In this document: one piece after another, positions 44,582 through 46,958 of the stretch | Layout: every line of letters begins with the position of its first letter | Position numbering within the stretch: the stretch's first letter is position 1 | Source of the DNA: a virus | DNA length: 46,958 nt | Virus record (IMG/VR): IMGVR_UViG_3300042731_006922 | Span: 1-46,958 of that record | Reading direction: 5' to 3' (one strand) | The notes under the pieces: model-generated | Databases searched by the model: none | Seen by the model: only the letters and a program-made list of their open reading frames with translations | What the model was told of the DNA's origin: nothing | Program-made: the position numbers and the translations under genes

Positions 44582-45396
44582 TTTATTAGTGTATTTAAAA
44601 TTTCGTATTTATCACATCCTAATCTTTGCTGGCTAGTAGATAAATTAATTTTATAATCGTTACATCCCCATTTTCCATCATTTAAAATATTGACAAATTC
44701 ACAGGTACGGCAATTTATTTGAACTGGTACATTTTGGTGACAAATACCCCGAGCGTCACAGTATCCGCATTCGTACCAAGTAGGTTTAAATTTTTTAGTA
44801 GGGGGTTTATTTGATATTATAATGTCAGTAGCCTTTTTTAAGAGCATTTGAGCATGTTCTTTGTCATAATAAACTCTTTCTATGTAAAGATCATCATCAT
44901 TCTTATTAACTGCTATAAATAAGCCTCTATTTAAATTTAAACATTTCATATATATTTGCATTTGTGAATAATAAACGGGTTTAGATAATTTTAATCCGTT
45001 TTTTTGAATATCCTTGAAATACTTATCAGCCATTGTTTTAATTTCAAGTACATGATTAGTTTTAGGTGCTTCTATAACTCCTCGTGCAACGCCATCACAA
45101 TGACCTTTACAATGTCCGTATACCTCTATAAATTCTGTTTGAGTTCCCCATACTATTAAACCTATATCTTCAAGAATTTTATATATTGCAGGTTCTTCTC
45201 TATCTCCTCTACTATATAATCTATTCATTCTTGCAGACACAATACCACCGTAAGCCCAGTGGAAAGAGTACCACAAGTATCTTTCACAACTATGCCCTAT
45301 TTGGGACATGCCCAAATAGGGGCGTAATTTAATGGGGGATTGTCCCACTCTTTCTATTTCGGATAGTGTTGTTTTTGGTCCTGATAATTCAACCAT
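44578..45396 (-). CDS. Cas4/RecB-family PD-(D/E)XK exonuclease with Fe-S cluster cysteines
   Basis: HCDG...LEIKT (D...ExK); QMQIY (QxxxY); C-terminal CGYCDARGIC (CX2CX5C) plus an N-terminal Cys. Confidence 0.7.
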   Translation of the reverse strand: MVELSGPKTTLSEIERVGQSPIKLRPYLGMSQIGHSCERYLWYSFHWAYGGIVSARMNRLYSRGDREEPAIYKILEDIGLIVWGTQTEFIEVYGHCKGHCDGVARGVIEAPKTNHVLEIKTMADKYFKDIQKNGLKLSKPVYYSQMQIYMKCLNLNRGLFIAVNKNDDDLYIERVYYDKEHAQMLLKKATDIIISNKPPTKKFKPTWYECGYCDARGICHQNVPVQINCRTCEFVNILNDGKWGCNDYKINLSTSQQRLGCDKYEILNTLIK

Positions 45397-45415
45397 TAAA
45401 CCCCTCCTCTTTCAA
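45389..45415 (-). repeat. 27-nt perfect direct repeat, copy 1 (gene junction)
   Basis: tcaaccattaaacccctcctctttcaa, identical to 45556-45582. Confidence 0.9.
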
Positions 45416-45563
45416 TTATATTTATTGCTTTTTTAATATCTTCTATTGAATAATGTCTTGTTTCTCTACAAAAGGTTAAAAAATCTAAAAATTCATCTTC
45501 ATTAGGATTATCATTTAAATCTTTAAGTACAGTAATTATATCAGTAAGTATAGGATCAACCAT
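45396..45563 (-). CDS. hypothetical protein (55 aa, not in the ORF track)
   Basis: Bounded at both ends by the 27-nt repeat. Hand translation MVDPILTDIITVLKDLNDNPNEDEFLDFLTFCRETRHYSIEDIKKAINIIERGGV. Confidence 0.45.
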   Translation of the reverse strand: MVDPILTDIITVLKDLNDNPNEDEFLDFLTFCRETRHYSIEDIKKAINIIERGGV

Positions 45564-45582
45564 TAAACCCCTCCTCTTTCAA
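45556..45582 (-). repeat. 27-nt perfect direct repeat, copy 2
   Basis: Identical to 45389-45415. Confidence 0.9.
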
Positions 45583-45940
45583 GTTTATCTATTACTTGAT
45601 AAATTTCATCTTTTGTAAAATTATGTTCTCTTATACCTGCTATGAGATGTAAAATTTGCGATATTTTATAATTATAATTACAACCTATCATTATAGTATT
45701 GACTATATCTTTTAAATGATTTACGCGTTCGGTATTATTTTTTTTAAATAATTCAATTTCAAAATGATGGTCATCATAATAATTTTTAATAAAAGTTAGT
45801 GCTTCAATAAAATCAGTTTCAAGTTCAGTGTCTGTATAAGGGTATTTATTCGATAAACGTATAATTGTTTCTACTAAACCATGAAATCTTGTGTCATTAT
45901 TATATTTGTCTATTAATTCTTGTTTATTTTTCTCTTTCAT
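45563..45940 (-). CDS. hypothetical protein
   Basis: Start set at ATG 45940, preceded by AGGTGAAATA. C-terminus LERGGV resembles that of the 55-aa ORF. Confidence 0.5.
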   Translation of the reverse strand: MKEKNKQELIDKYNNDTRFHGLVETIIRLSNKYPYTDTELETDFIEALTFIKNYYDDHHFEIELFKKNNTERVNHLKDIVNTIMIGCNYNYKISQILHLIAGIREHNFTKDEIYQVIDKLERGGV

Positions 45941-45944
45941 TATT

Positions 45945-46133
45945 TCACCTTTGTTCTTCTCTTTCTCTAATAAGGGATATAACTTCCCTAAGTTCATAAT
46001 CTTTAAAATTAGGGTTATGTTCTATTAAACTAATCAACTCCATAATTCCTTCAATTTGAAGTATTGTAAGTTCATAATGAAACATTATTTTTGCAATTTC
46101 ATTAATTAATATATTTTTTTTTCTTTTATCCAT
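45945..46133 (-). CDS. hypothetical protein (62 aa)
   Basis: ORF in operon context; its TGA stop lies inside the AGGTGA SD of the next gene. Confidence 0.5.
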   Translation of the reverse strand: MDKRKKNILINEIAKIMFHYELTILQIEGIMELISLIEHNPNFKDYELREVISLIREREEQR

Positions 46134-46448
46134 CTATTTTTCCTTTTTATTAAAAATATAAAATAAAGCTATCTGAATATCTTTTAATTTATATTTCTTT
46201 TTTTGTAGTTTTCTGATTATAGATAATGCTTCCATTAATTTTGATAATTTACATCTTTTTCTTTCTCTAATAATAATACTTATTGAACCTATGATTTTAG
46301 ATATAAAAGATTTTCTGATTTCTATTTCTTTTATAAGAAGTATGGCTTTTTGAATTTCAGATATAGTAACTTGTTTTGTAGTTATTTCGTCAAGCAAAGT
46401 TTGAGCTAATTTATGAATAACATTTAATTTTATATAATTTGCTTTCAT
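46134..46448 (-). CDS. hypothetical protein (104 aa)
   Basis: ORF in operon context. Confidence 0.5.
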   Translation of the reverse strand: MKANYIKLNVIHKLAQTLLDEITTKQVTISEIQKAILLIKEIEIRKSFISKIIGSISIIIRERKRCKLSKLMEALSIIRKLQKKKYKLKDIQIALFYIFNKKEK

Positions 46449-46467
46449 AATATTACCTTAATAAGTA

Positions 46468-46492
46468 CCCTCTTTACAGAGGGCACTTTTTT
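46468..46492. terminator. Hairpin CCCTCT/AGAGGG with a T6 tract on the plus strand
   Basis: Stem 46468-46473/46478-46483; T6 at 46487-46492; lies between two minus-strand genes. Confidence 0.4.
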
Positions 46493-46494
46493 AA

Positions 46495-46958
46495 TTAATC
46501 ATCCCAAAGAGAAGTTGATTTATTTATTGTTGTATTTTGTTGGGATGTATTTTGATTAGGTGTAGATTTAGTTTGAGTTTGTTGTGACATTATTGTTTTT
46601 GCTTGATCTATCGATATAGCTCCATCTTTTAAAAGTTTTAATATATTAGGGTCAAGTGAGTATATTTGTTCTATTGTTAATGCTCCTGACGTTAAAGCTT
46701 GTATTAAAATGGGATCTAAAGCTTGAGTGGATTCAGTTGTTTGGTTATTTACTTGTTGCTCTTCCACTTGTTGTTGTTTTGTTTGTTGGCTGTCTGTTTG
46801 TTGAGTCTGTTCTTGAGTTGTATTGAGATTATCACCAACATTAGTATTAAGATTATCAGTATTACTAATATTAGAATCATAGTTATGGCCTATTTCAGAT
46901 GTACTTGGGGCAAAATCATAAGTTTTTATTCTGTTTCTTTCTTCATTTTTATCGTCTT
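46495..46958 (-). CDS. C-terminal part of the junction-spanning SSB-like gene (continues from 1-409)
   Basis: No stop in this frame between 46958 and 46498. Contains a Q/T/N-rich low-complexity linker, two LDPxxLxxL(x)xGA(L/I)(T/S)I(E/D)Q repeats and an acidic end, LWDD. Confidence 0.6.
   Translation of the reverse strand, partial: DDKNEERNRIKTYDFAPSTSEIGHNYDSNISNTDNLNTNVGDNLNTTQEQTQQTDSQQTKQQQVEEQQVNNQTTESTQALDPILIQALTSGALTIEQIYSLDPNILKLLKDGAISIDQAKTIMSQQTQTKSTPNQNTSQQNTTINKSTSLWDD
46890..46958. repeat. Terminal direct repeat, copy 2 (identical to 1-69)
   Basis: Exact 69-nt match to the window start. Confidence 0.95.

Noticed and set aside
1-46958. Integrated prophage or other mobile element with attachment sites
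   Set aside because: There is no integrase, recombinase, transposase or flanking host gene. The end repeat lies inside a coding sequence that is restored by circularisation, which points to assembly closure or terminal redundancy rather than att sites.

Overview
The window reads as one complete genome of a low-GC tailed phage with a contractile tail. Bases 1-69 are repeated exactly at 46890-46958, and one minus-strand gene stays in frame across that junction, so the sequence closes into a circle or is terminally redundant. Coding is dense and splits into two blocks. The plus-strand block (4554-34814) runs: primase-helicase, PD-(D/E)XK nuclease, small and large terminase, an unusually placed fibre-like module, portal, head morphogenesis, scaffold, capsid, neck, sheath, tube, chaperone, tape measure, baseplate, beta-helix fibre. 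The minus-strand block starts at 4063, wraps through base 1 and ends at 34887. It holds about 45 small early ORFs, many in paralogous families, plus a replication and recombination set: family A DNA polymerase, SF2 helicase, Cas4-like nuclease, Sak4-like ATPase and an SSB-like protein. The blocks diverge at 4064-4553 and converge on a hairpin at 34827-34850. I recognised no rRNA, tRNA, CRISPR array, integrase, reverse transcriptase or endolysin. Main points for follow-up: (1) the baseplate hub gene carries a single in-frame TGA at 29491-29493 followed by 99 nt of open, protein-like sequence; (2) the divergent control region holds three homologous hairpin plus T-tract modules, each followed by TTGACA (or TTGTAT after the third), upstream of the primase gene; (3) a 400-nt non-coding region at 6954-7350 is packed with GCACCA/TGGTGC iterons around a 16-bp inverted repeat and a (TA)8 core, a candidate ori or packaging site; (4) a 6.3-kb fibre-like module sits between terL and the portal gene and encodes a 1369-aa protein built from nested tandem repeats; (5) conserved gene-junction sequences recur in the early block. 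All functional calls come from motifs I recognised by eye and from gene order. No database search was run.
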